A stretch of DNA of 63,108 bases, filler included, from Aduncisulcus paluster (lineage: Eukaryota): the NCBI GenBank assembly GCA_024181965.1. It is 5 parts of 5 records of this genome, joined end to end, with 100 filler letters (N's around TTAATTAATTAA, not from the genome) between each part and the next. Parts side by side here need not be neighbours in the genome. Positions count along the whole stretch, not along the records: positions 33,769 to 56,112 come from BQXS01012698.1; 4 more parts are not named here. One strand, written 5' to 3'. Under the pieces are notes generated by a model, which had not been told where the DNA came from, made no database searches, and was given only the letters and a program-made list of their open reading frames with translations. Position numbers and translations under genes: made by a program. Positions 34,430-45,028 of this stretch are shown here, piece by piece (position 1 is the stretch's first letter; each line of letters starts with the position of its first letter).

Positions 34430-35438
34430 GATAACTGATTGTGTGACGAAAAAACAGCATTGCAGAACAAAGACAAATTCATTTGATTTTGAGTGAGTCG
34501 CCATTCATCCTTGCCTTCTGCACGGAATAGAGAGTATAATAGTCTGATAAAATAAAATATTATGATTCATAGATATAAACATGCCATTTTCTTGCTCGAC
34601 ATATCATGGATCTTGATGATAGAAGAAATCTTGATAATCTCGCACATCCATGATTATTCCAGGCGTTGTTAAACGGATTTTAGATGAATCAGAATATTTC
34701 AAAACATTTTATACAAATCATGAGAATGGAAAAATCCTTGAAGGCAGAGAGACGATCATTTTCAAAATGAAGAGTCGTTTTCTTTGGACTATTGATCATG
34801 AAATGCCGTATTTGGTGTTTTTATTCGTTTGTAATTTACAATAGATGATCGTGTAAATGGATCACCATTTGGAATGGAAGGAGAACATCAAAAATAACAC
34901 TCTCATTTCATTTCAACGCAAAAGGGGGATCTGTGGAGGAGTTTATTGTCGTCATTTCTCGGTACTAGTAATGAAGATTGATGGCTATATTTATACCTTT
35001 GTATAACACTGATGTTTGGCGTTATTATTGTGACAAGTATTGGATATTGATTATTTCAGATAATTGAAGTGGGGTGGCTTGGGTTTGTGAAGCACTTCGA
35101 TAAGATATTCAATACTATAATCACTCTTGACTTTTCTGTGGGACGATGATCATGCTTCCTCGTATATATGGTCTGTAAAACTTGAAAACACAGTTTCATC
35201 TCAAGAAGAGAAAGATCCCCTTTTCAACCATCAAAATATATTGAATCGGATGTTTAGATTCCTATATTTATAATTATCAGAGAATCACACAACTCGTATC
35301 TATCCAACCCTTCAACCTCCAACTATCTAATCCAATCTCAGAAATAACGACTCAAATCGAAAGAAATGGCACACAAATGTCGAAAGTATCGTCAATTTGT
35401 TTGGTTCATTTATTAAAATGGATATGGTTTGTATTGGA

Positions 35439-38056
35439 GAAGGCTGTATGGAGATTGTGTTGGAACTATTGAAGATGATCTGATCGGGGTTGAACTAAAG
35501 AAAGGGTGGGATTATAGTCGAAAGTTAGTGGTCGAAAGTATGTATTCTACATCTCTATTATCTTTGTGCTTTCGTCTCATTTCGACAATGATATGGGTTA
35601 TTTCGATGAATTTCAACTATTCGCCTCGAAATATTTTTGTTTTCATCTGAAATGGTCATTTATAATTGTAAAAATAATGCTAAAATCGAAGAATATTTCA
35701 CTTTCGTTTCATTCATTTCTAAAAATAGAAATTCTAAAAATAGAATTGTATTTTCAAAAATCCATCTATAACGGGTAAATTGTTGTCTAAACTGCTGTAA
35801 TGTTTGGCATTGTCCCTTTATTAGAATAGAACATCTCTTGTATAAAATAGATGGAGAAGATTTCTGTTGTTCTGATGGAAATGATCGAAATAATTGACCA
35901 TTCTTCTCAATAAATCCAAGAATCAAGGAGAGAATCCCAAACTATCCTCATTTCTGAAGACTCTCCACTGGAGAGGTATTCTTGTTCTAAAGTAGTCTCC
36001 TCAGCTTCAGAAAGATCCCTTCAATCAGTGATTCAACATGAATTAAGATGCTTCTATTGTTGTGAATAGGGCCAAAGAATGGTCAAAAAAAAGAGATACT
36101 CATTCGAAAAGTCGTGAAGGCAGTGACCATCATCAGAATGTTTCAATGGCAGAAGAGAGATTCGTTCAGCAGCCAATAATTTCTATTGGCAGAGAAAAAA
36201 CAAGGGAAAAAAGCCACAACATCCTTGGATTATTCCCATGGAAGGAGCGATAATCGTTCAATTATTTCACTTTCTTCTGGCATAGTAAATATAAGGGAGT
36301 CGATACAGAAATCTCGACTATTCTTAGCACACCATGTTCCTTTCCCTTCAATCTCACACACTACAACATTATCCAAATCAATAGGAAGGTAATACCATTC
36401 ATAATCATGTTCAGGTTTTGTGAATTCATACTTCTTGAATGTCTTCTTGCCATCACAATCAGTGAAAGTGAAGAGAAGAGAGGGTGAACTGCCATACTCA
36501 CTCACACAGATATAAGCACCTTTCAGAGGACTAGGTGATGGAAAAGGGATAGAAAGATGTGATAACCATACACCTTCTTCCCCTTTTAACATTCTTTGTG
36601 CATCTGAACTCTGATCATAATACTTAGATTCCTTACTCAGCGAACCTCTCTTGCACATAACCATTGAGAATAAAGGATCTACAAGCTTTGGATCATCACG
36701 TGGAACGGGAATAGATTTTCTTCCTCCTTCCTTAACAAACTCTGGTTTCACAACAGGAGCTTCAGACCATAGTTTCTCTCTGGCTTCACGAGAAAAGGTT
36801 TCTTCATAAGATTCTTCCCGAATGAAAACAAGGGAGCGGATACAAAAATACTCTTCCTTTCTTCCTTTCCCTGTAATCTCACACAGAACAACATCAGGGA
36901 GATCAACAGGAAGGAAACACCAATGCAAACTTTCAAATTCAGGAAATTCATATTTCTTGGATGTTTTATCACCTTTTGAAGACGTAAGAGTGAAAGTAAG
37001 ATGTGATGGAGGTGACATATAATCCCATAGACAGATATAAGCCCCTTTCATTGGGGAACATGAGGAGAAAGGAATAGAGATATGGGTAAGATATCCACCA
37101 ATAACCCCTCCTTTCATCATCTTTTGTGCTTTTACACTTTGATCGTACTCTCCATCATCTTCTTCCTTGGTTTCATTGATTGCTTTGATACTTGGGATGT
37201 CTGAACTCTTAATATTCGGGGCATCTCGAGGAATTGGACAGCAATCAATATCCCCTTCATGAATAAACTCTGGTTTTACAATTTGTATTTCGGTGGAAGA
37301 ACTCATTACCAATGGAAAAGAGTCGGGATCTAAGAAAATATAAAAACAAAAATTTCATTACAATACAGTGAATATAATTGCATGACATTGCATAAAATAT
37401 GTCTTAATGCCCATTTAATGAAATATATGACATACAGTAAATCTTGAATTGCTTGCAACGAAGGAAAAGCAGAAGACGAAAACACAAAGTCGCGAATGAC
37501 AACCTCAGGAAGCAATATCATACAATATATAAATAAATTTATATGTCCATTTTTCTTTCTATCATATATTGCATGCCATCCTTGTGAGTCCACTCCTGAC
37601 ACGAAATCGTTTCATAACTTCGACATTTGTTTACATAGTGGATTATAAGGTGACAAAATATGCTGATAAGTTGCAGTTGAAATCCATGAATATTGTGAAT
37701 ATATCATCGACTTCTTGGCAGAGAAGCTATTCTTCTGGTTTTCTTTGCTTCTCGAATCGTTCTCACTCTTCTCTGCTCTCTGCTCGATTGATAAAAACTA
37801 ATTCAGTTTATTATTTGTTTATTATTTGTTTATTTTTTGTTTTTCTTTCGCTTTTAATTCCTTACCAAGATGTCTTCGAAAGGAATTAACAACACAACTT
37901 CTTGTTCGAATCATTGGTGATCTATGACCCACCCCCCCATCCAAAGTGATCGTTAACTCGTTCAGCCCAATGCGTGTTGGATCTCTGCTGCTAAGTTCTA
38001 GTTGTAGTCAATGAATATTAGTCGGTTGGTTTTCTTGTGTTGTTTTGGTTGTTTAT
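35439..38056 (-). repeat. Dispersed duplicated cassette, copy B (single-gene version)
   Basis: Reverse complement matches 5268-6005 upstream of the gene and 8856-10120 downstream of it. Confidence 0.9.
36230..37306 (-). CDS. Uncharacterised tandem-domain protein, paralog 3
   Basis: Same two-domain motifs. N-terminus is like paralog 1 (SSST.IQIVKPEFIHEGDIDCCPIPRD); extreme C-terminus is like paralog 2 (MPEESEIIERLSLLPWE). Confidence 0.85.
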   Translation of the reverse strand: MSSSTEIQIVKPEFIHEGDIDCCPIPRDAPNIKSSDIPSIKAINETKEEDDGEYDQSVKAQKMMKGGVIGGYLTHISIPFSSCSPMKGAYICLWDYMSPPSHLTFTLTSSKGDKTSKKYEFPEFESLHWCFLPVDLPDVVLCEITGKGRKEEYFCIRSLVFIREESYEETFSREAREKLWSEAPVVKPEFVKEGGRKSIPVPRDDPKLVDPLFSMVMCKRGSLSKESKYYDQSSDAQRMLKGEEGVWLSHLSIPFPSPSPLKGAYICVSEYGSSPSLLFTFTDCDGKKTFKKYEFTKPEHDYEWYYLPIDLDNVVVCEIEGKGTWCAKNSRDFCIDSLIFTMPEESEIIERLSLLPWE

Positions 38057-38530
38057 GCTCAGCATAACAGACTGTTGTTCGATCTTTGACCTGTTGTCTG
38101 GCCATTTGTTATATTCTCAAAGCCGCTTGATAAAAAGTTTATATTCAAAATTATAATTTTAGTCGAATTTCGGCTCTTGCCTCGAAAATATTTGAGGATA
38201 AATAAAATATAAATCGTATATTATATTATTCTTCAAGGCGACCTAGCTTAGATAAGTATCCAAAACACGCATTGACCCAAACTCAAAAATTACCAGAATT
38301 CCGAACAGAGTGAATGGTGAGGTTTATTAACAAGAAATTAATTTATTTTTGAATTAGAAAACATAAAAAATCTATTTCCTCTCTGATTGAATTATTCATT
38401 TAGGAAGATGAAGTCTGCTGGTCCTCAGGGATCGGTTTTGCTTGCTACCAAGTTCCAACAAAAACTTTTTCTCGACATTATTGTAATTTCATTTTTACAT
38501 ACTTTTATACAACATTGATAATCAATTAAT

Positions 38531-39403
38531 ATGGGAAAGAAGAAGTTTGTTCCTTATTTTGACCTTTCTGCCTGTAAGATTACTCTTACAACTGCTAAAG
38601 CAAGGTTAGCTTTTAGCAAAGAGAAAGTTACAAATGATAACTACACGAAACTTCAGGATGTAATTAAATTGTTGAAAGCTGGCAAAGTTGACCTCGCTTT
38701 CATCAAGACACAAAATATCATGATTAAGAACTATCAAATCAAAGGAATGGCTGCTTTGGAAAATCATATTGAGTTTCTTAAGGAAGAATTACCCGCTTTA
38801 TCCCGTAGTCCAGAAATTCTTGCTACCACTCTTCCTCACATTTGTGCTATCATGTGGACTGCCAAAAACACCAGTATATGTGTAGAATTAGTCAAGGTTG
38901 TTCAACATCTTGCAGGAAAGTTCGGTCCTGAAAAGATGGCCGAACTCGAAAAAATGGTTTACCCTCCTGAAAAATTCAAGTCTTATTTCACTATTGAGCA
39001 GTTCTCAGACAAATTTGTGTGGGAATACCTTATCAAGATCGCTGAAGGTCACGGTTGTCCCGTCCCCAAACTCCCAGCTTCTGCTGAAGACAATATGAGT
39101 ATTGGTCTCCCCGGTGGAATTCCTGGGGGTATCCCCGGAAGTATACCCATGGGAGGAATGCCTATGGGTGGTATGCCTATGGGAGGAATGCCTATGGGAG
39201 GAATGCCTATGGGAGGAATGCCTATGGGTGGAGTTCCTGGAGGAATCCCTGGAGGAATCCCTGGCGGCATGCCTATGGGTGGTATGCCTATGGGAGGAAT
39301 GCCCATGGGAGGAATGCCAGGAGGTGTTCCTGGATTATCTTCTGATGATGCTGTCCTTCAAAGTCTTCAGGCTCTCTCTGACATGGATAAGTACGACAAA
39401 TAG
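38531..39403 (+). CDS. IST1: IST1 (ESCRT-III-like regulator of Vps4) with GGMPM/GGIP repeat linker and C-terminal MIM-like helix
   Basis: CKITLTTAKARL, KLLKAGK.DLAFIK, ICAIMWTA, ELVKV..HL.GKFG and EYLIKIA match the Ist1 domain; ends DDAVLQSLQALS. Confidence 0.85.
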   Translation: MGKKKFVPYFDLSACKITLTTAKARLAFSKEKVTNDNYTKLQDVIKLLKAGKVDLAFIKTQNIMIKNYQIKGMAALENHIEFLKEELPALSRSPEILATTLPHICAIMWTAKNTSICVELVKVVQHLAGKFGPEKMAELEKMVYPPEKFKSYFTIEQFSDKFVWEYLIKIAEGHGCPVPKLPASAEDNMSIGLPGGIPGGIPGSIPMGGMPMGGMPMGGMPMGGMPMGGMPMGGVPGGIPGGIPGGMPMGGMPMGGMPMGGMPGGVPGLSSDDAVLQSLQALSDMDKYDK

Positions 39404-39741
39404 TTTCTTAATTTGCTACCCATATAATAAATAACAAAATATCATGTTTTTGGAAAAATATTGCTTTTTTATTGGCTTCATGAAGGAAAATCGCATTCAA
39501 AAAATAATATCTTGGATTCATCTTTTCTCTGCATTAACAAATTTATTTGTTATTTATACGGACATTTTGGGTTTTATTTGTACCTTGATTCATTGATTTT
39601 CCATCTTATTTTCATTTTTTTCAAGAATTCTCTAAGAAAATTGGTCCAATTTAATTGGAATTGGTTTTTGTCTTTAATATTCGGCTTGAATTTCATTTTG
39701 TTAAATAGTCTTACTGATCTCGTAATAGCAGAAAAAAATTC

Positions 39742-42700
39742 ATGGATTTTATTCCCAATTCTGCAGTAGATGAGGTGGAAGAAGAGGATGCAATTATTGA
39801 AAAAATTCATACCTCGAGTTCTGAGGGATTTCACAGAATCACAAAGGCCGATTCAGACCAAGAAACAACCATTCGGTCTCGTTTTCATCGAAGAGATTCT
39901 GAATGTTCTGATGATATTGAGTTTTTACATCGTGATCTTGAATGCCATTGTTCTGTCTGTTCGAAACACATTTGTCTCTCTTTAACTTCTGAATATGATC
40001 TCAAAGAAAAATCCAAAGCGAATTCTGGATCCATATCTCCCCATTATCCTCTTTACGGATCAAATGAAATTGGAGATTTTGAGGTGTTTGATATTTCTCA
40101 AGATTCTATTTTAGGATCTTCTAATTCCCAACAGTATGTTCCCATTGATATTGCTAATATTAAGGGTGATTTTGAGCAGAGCGAATTTCATGAAGAAAAA
40201 TTTGTCTCTGATTCCATTTCTCACTGTTTCAGTCCAAATCCTATATTTAGAAAAGCTTTTAAAGATAAAGATGGTAAAGAAGAGCAAGAAGAAGAAAAAG
40301 AGCCTCATGATTGTGATTTGCACCGCAAATCTATTTCCTTTTCTTTCATGTCAATTCCTTTCATCAAGGAACCAAGAATGATGGAAATCCCTAAGAAAGA
40401 AGAAGAAATTGTTTCTATTCCTACCCAATTTGATGGATATTCAATTGATTCTATATATATTCAGCTCCAAGCACAAGAAGGAGATTTATGCAGAAGAAAA
40501 CCGGACCCTTCTGATAATATTTCGACCATTCATTATCCAAAAACGATATTCATGTTTTTCTATGCCATAAATGGAATGATCTACAGAAGAAAATGTTATT
40601 TTCCATTGCTTGGTGATCTTAGTCTTAAATTACAGACAAACTTGTTTGTAAAAATGAAGGTTTGTCTTGATTCTATTTTTAGGCTTGATATATATCAACA
40701 ATCGTCTTGGGATAATTCTCCGTTTTGTTCTATTTTTAGATTGAGAATATCTAGAAACAATCGAATTGAAGATGCAATTCGACTTGAAAAGTCCAAGCGG
40801 TATCTTGAAGAATTACCAAGAAGAAAATGGATTATTTCTCAAGATTTTGAGAAAGAACAAAGAAAAAGGAAAGAAAGACGGCTTAAAGAGGCCGAAATGC
40901 TAGTAGAAATTGAAAAGAAAATTAATTATTTTTTAGATATTTCTTCTCCTTCTTCTTCCTCCCCTTTGCTTCCCGACAACAACCAAGGCATTGTGAATGT
41001 TCATAATGAAAATCGTCCATTAATAGACTTTCTTCTCAATTTCTATAAATATAATAATCCTTTAGCACTTCAACATTTTTGTAAAGAAAAGGATCTCCAG
41101 GATAAATTCTTTTGTGGAACGTTTTTGATTGACAAAGAAATCCTTGATTCAAAAAATATTTCAAATCCAATTATTGATAAAGATACCGAAGTTGAATCTT
41201 CTCATTCTCCTAATTATAGACATCCTACAACAACATTATCACCATTGGGTGGCCCGTCATCTCAAATTGCTGGATTTCAAAAATTTATGTTTGATACTAA
41301 TCGTATTTCCTTTAATTGCATTCGTATTCCATTCACAAAACCCATTCCAATTTCCTCTGTTTTCCTCAACTTCAAGTTGAGTGATATGCTGAAATCAATG
41401 TCTCATGCTCTTTCTTTCTCAGATTCACCTGCAAAAGAATCTGACTCTGACCATCCTCACGTGGGCCCAATGGACCCAGACACTCCAATAATATCACCCT
41501 TAACAACAATCCATAATCACCTTCTCATTTCTATTGAATTTCAAAGACCACCTCCTGAGAAGAAACCATTGACAAGACAACAACTTCTTCTCAATTTCTA
41601 TAAATATAATAATCCTTTAGCACTTCAACATTTTTGTAAAGAAAAGGATCTCCAGGATAAATTCTTTTGTGGAACGTTTTTGATTGACAAAGAAATCCTT
41701 GATTCAAAAAATATTTCAAATCCAATTATTGATAAAGATACCGAAGTTGAATCTTCTCATTCTCCTAATTATAGACATCCTACAACAACATTATCACCAT
41801 TGGGTGGCCCGTCATCTCAAATTGCTGGATTTCAAAAATTTATGTTTGATACTAATCGTATTTCCTTTAATTGCATTCGTATTCCATTCACAAAACCCAT
41901 TCCAATTTCCTCTGTTTTCCTCAACTTCAAGTTGAGTGATATGCTGAAATCAATGTCTCATGCTCTTTCTTTCTCAGATTCACCTGCAAAAGAATCTGAC
42001 TCTGACCATCCTCACGTGGGCCCAATGGACCCAGACACTCCAATAATATCACCCTTAACAACAATCCATAATCACCTTCTCATTTCTANNNNNNNNNNNN
42101 NNNNNNNNCTTCTCAATTTCTATAAATATAATAATCCTTTAGCACTTCAACATTTTTGTAAAGAAAAGGATCTCCAGGATAAATTCTTTTGTGGAACGTT
42201 TTTGATTGACAAAGAAATCCTTGATTCAAAAAATATTTCAAATCCAATTATTGATAAAGATACCGAAGTTGAATCTTCTCATTCTCCTAATTATAGACAT
42301 CCTACAACAACATTATCACCATTGGGTGGCCCGTCATCTCAAATTGCTGGATTTCAAAAATTTATGTTTGATACTAATCGTATTTCCTTTAATTGCATTC
42401 GTATTCCATTCACAAAACCCATTCCAATTTCCTCTGTTTTCCTCAACTTCAAGTTGAGTGATATGCTGAAATCAATGTCTCATGCTCTTTCTTTCTCAGA
42501 TTCACCTGCAAAAGAATCTGACTCTGACCATCCTCACGTGGGCCCAATGGACCCAGACACTCCAATAATATCACCCTTAACAACAATCCATAATCACCTT
42601 CTCATTTCTATTGAATTTCAAAGACCACCTCCTGAGAAGAAACCATTGACAAGACAACAACTTCTTCTCATGAATCAACACAGACCTAAATATAGAACAC

Positions 42701-44676
42701 ATTCTCAAGAGAGGAGACTTATGATCGAAGGAGTTCATGAATCCCAAAAGAAACGAAGACTTAAACATAAACAATACGATCCTTCTCACAACATTTTCCA
42801 AGATTCTTCTTCTTCTTCGAAAGAAAAGAAACCTCAAAGATTATTTCAACAAATTCCAAACAAATCCCTCGATTTCTTGATATCTCTCCCAGCATCTTCT
42901 TCTTCTTCTTCTTCTTCTTCTTCTTCTTCTTTCTCATTTATGAAGAAACAACCAAAGAGAAGAGAGGTAACATCGATTTGCAAAAAGAAAGGGAAAGATT
43001 CATTTTATTATGGAATGATAGAGGGAAGCAATGATGATTGCTGGATAGAACTTGAATGTGGCGTAAGTAATGTTAAATCGATCATTATAACATGCAAATC
43101 TATGTATTCTCCTTTCCATGTGTGTTGTTTTCAAGCAATACGAATATCTCAAGAAGACTCTCCAACTGAGATTGAAAGAATAGCCCGTGAGAAAATCGAA
43201 TATAAATATAAACAAATCAGCGCTAAAAAACGTTATTTGCATAAATTAGCAGATATCGATCGCACTTTCGTTCCATTTTTAGATCCTCTTAATCTATATT
43301 TAGACATTGAGAAGTTTTCTTCTGAGTTTACCTCTCTTGCTTCCAAGGGTCACTATGTTCGGGACTCGAGAGACATTGTTCCCCTTTGTACAATTGGCAC
43401 CGGTGGATATGGGGAACTATTTCTTGTTAAGATTCCTGAATTATCAACTCCATGTATCCTTAAGAAGATGATAAACTTTGAGGTAGATAATGAATATGCT
43501 GTGAAACGCTATGTGACTGAGTTTAAGATGCATAGATTTCTTTACAACGATCCAGCGTGTAAATCTCGTATCCCTCGTCCTCTCTGTCTGTTAAATACAC
43601 TCATGGAGGATCACACGGGCTCAATTGGTATCTTGATGGAATATTGTATTGGAGGCAGTCTTGACGATTTCACTCACGAGTGGGCAATACGAGAAGCTCC
43701 CATTTCACCTCTTATTCTAGAACAATTCTCTTCTCTGTGTGATCATAGTAAGTGTGGTGATGGACACGATGCTGATGCTTCGATATTCGATCAGGATCAA
43801 AAAGAGGAAGAGAGAGAGATTCCGAACGATGAAGAAGAAGGTTGTCACGATCTCAATCGTATCATTCACGAACATAAATTGGATGCATTGAAAAGATTTG
43901 ACCCTCTAAAAATAGCAGCTCTCTGTGTTGGAATGATTGAGTGTCTCGCAGATGTGTTTGCGACACGAACGGGTGTTATCCATCGCGACATCAAACCTGC
44001 CAACTTCCTTGTTCGCCATCGTCGTTCCTCTTCCTCTTCCTCTTCCTCTTCTCCAACAGTTTGTGAGATTGTATTGTGTGATTTTGGAATGTTAAAGCTC
44101 TTCAAATCCCCCTCACGAATGATATCTGAAACTCCAGACATTCTTGATTCTGGATTTGATCCAAAGAAAGAGAGAGAATGCACTCATGTGGCTTCCGATA
44201 TCCAGGGCACCATAGTGTTTACTGCGGTTGAATATTTGCAAACAGGCTGTTATTCTCAGAAGAGTGATGCTTATTCTATCGGAATGAGTATGTTTAATCT
44301 TTTCCACGACTATCCTCCTTTCGAATTTGAACCTACGATGACATCTGAGTTGTCAAATAGGGTGTTGATTGACAATATGGTAAGTCTTATCGACAAAGGG
44401 AAAGGTCCGAAGTTGGTTGATAGTTACTTGTTCCAAAGTCTCCAAACAATGGAGAATGGCAAGTATCACGGATTATATTCTGTTTTGAGTGAGGTTTATT
44501 CTGGTCTCACGCAACGGCACAGTGACGGCAGAATGACAGTCCAGCAGGCATGTTCGAAATTACAGCCTTTCAAGGACTTGTTACCACATATTGGTGAGGG
44601 ATGGAAGTGTCCTTCAATCGAAGAAATCGTGAAAAGACAGCGAAAAGTCTATGATGGAAATAGCGGTTGTATTTGA
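39742..44676 (+). CDS. Divergent Ser/Thr kinase (same family as 10212..15506) with N-terminal degenerate copies of the tandem-family domain; contains an in-frame 555-bp tandem duplication and a gap
   Basis: PLCTIGTGGYGEL, ILKK, HRDIKPANFL, CDFG, KSDAYSIG and LLPHIGEGWKCPSIEE. N-terminal SIPF/RIPF and ...ISQEDSPTEIERIAREK motifs are shared with the tandem-domain family. Confidence 0.85.
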   Translation: MDFIPNSAVDEVEEEDAIIEKIHTSSSEGFHRITKADSDQETTIRSRFHRRDSECSDDIEFLHRDLECHCSVCSKHICLSLTSEYDLKEKSKANSGSISPHYPLYGSNEIGDFEVFDISQDSILGSSNSQQYVPIDIANIKGDFEQSEFHEEKFVSDSISHCFSPNPIFRKAFKDKDGKEEQEEEKEPHDCDLHRKSISFSFMSIPFIKEPRMMEIPKKEEEIVSIPTQFDGYSIDSIYIQLQAQEGDLCRRKPDPSDNISTIHYPKTIFMFFYAINGMIYRRKCYFPLLGDLSLKLQTNLFVKMKVCLDSIFRLDIYQQSSWDNSPFCSIFRLRISRNNRIEDAIRLEKSKRYLEELPRRKWIISQDFEKEQRKRKERRLKEAEMLVEIEKKINYFLDISSPSSSSPLLPDNNQGIVNVHNENRPLIDFLLNFYKYNNPLALQHFCKEKDLQDKFFCGTFLIDKEILDSKNISNPIIDKDTEVESSHSPNYRHPTTTLSPLGGPSSQIAGFQKFMFDTNRISFNCIRIPFTKPIPISSVFLNFKLSDMLKSMSHALSFSDSPAKESDSDHPHVGPMDPDTPIISPLTTIHNHLLISIEFQRPPPEKKPLTRQQLLLNFYKYNNPLALQHFCKEKDLQDKFFCGTFLIDKEILDSKNISNPIIDKDTEVESSHSPNYRHPTTTLSPLGGPSSQIAGFQKFMFDTNRISFNCIRIPFTKPIPISSVFLNFKLSDMLKSMSHALSFSDSPAKESDSDHPHVGPMDPDTPIISPLTTIHNHLLISXXXXXXXLLNFYKYNNPLALQHFCKEKDLQDKFFCGTFLIDKEILDSKNISNPIIDKDTEVESSHSPNYRHPTTTLSPLGGPSSQIAGFQKFMFDTNRISFNCIRIPFTKPIPISSVFLNFKLSDMLKSMSHALSFSDSPAKESDSDHPHVGPMDPDTPIISPLTTIHNHLLISIEFQRPPPEKKPLTRQQLLLMNQHRPKYRTHSQERRLMIEGVHESQKKRRLKHKQYDPSHNIFQDSSSSSKEKKPQRLFQQIPNKSLDFLISLPASSSSSSSSSSSSFSFMKKQPKRREVTSICKKKGKDSFYYGMIEGSNDDCWIELECGVSNVKSIIITCKSMYSPFHVCCFQAIRISQEDSPTEIERIAREKIEYKYKQISAKKRYLHKLADIDRTFVPFLDPLNLYLDIEKFSSEFTSLASKGHYVRDSRDIVPLCTIGTGGYGELFLVKIPELSTPCILKKMINFEVDNEYAVKRYVTEFKMHRFLYNDPACKSRIPRPLCLLNTLMEDHTGSIGILMEYCIGGSLDDFTHEWAIREAPISPLILEQFSSLCDHSKCGDGHDADASIFDQDQKEEEREIPNDEEEGCHDLNRIIHEHKLDALKRFDPLKIAALCVGMIECLADVFATRTGVIHRDIKPANFLVRHRRSSSSSSSSSPTVCEIVLCDFGMLKLFKSPSRMISETPDILDSGFDPKKERECTHVASDIQGTIVFTAVEYLQTGCYSQKSDAYSIGMSMFNLFHDYPPFEFEPTMTSELSNRVLIDNMVSLIDKGKGPKLVDSYLFQSLQTMENGKYHGLYSVLSEVYSGLTQRHSDGRMTVQQACSKLQPFKDLLPHIGEGWKCPSIEEIVKRQRKVYDGNSGCI
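41030..42671 (+). repeat. Exact 555-bp (185-aa) tandem repeat, 2-3 copies
   Basis: Copies start at 41030, 41585 and ~42109 (after the 20-N gap); the junction shares TTCTTCTCA microhomology. Confidence 0.9.
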
Positions 44677-45028
44677 TGATCAAGTAACGCTGGATCTAAT
44701 GATTAGCAGCTATTTTATCGATTCTTGTTAAGTTAACATGTTGTTCAATTTATTCTTCTCAAAGCCATTTAGGACAGAAAAAGAGTGTTAAATTCGAAAT
44801 TACGACATTGTGTAGAATCACAATTTGTGATAATTTCGAACTCCAGACTCATCCTCGATATAAATCTATTTATATCAATAACTTGAGAATATCTATTTTT
44901 AGTAATTTATAATTGATATTGATTCTTTTTTAATAGTTTGCACCAATGAGATATATGATTTTTAGTAAACAAATATGATTCCTATGTTGATTTCAATTCT
45001 CTTGTTCTTCACTTCACTTCACTTCACT

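Noticed and set aside
33776..34438. Plus-strand ORFs over the His/Cys/Met repeat, and CRISPR-like reading of its 36-bp repeats
   Set aside because: They are antisense shadows of a coding tandem repeat. The units are contiguous with no unique spacers, and there are no cas genes.
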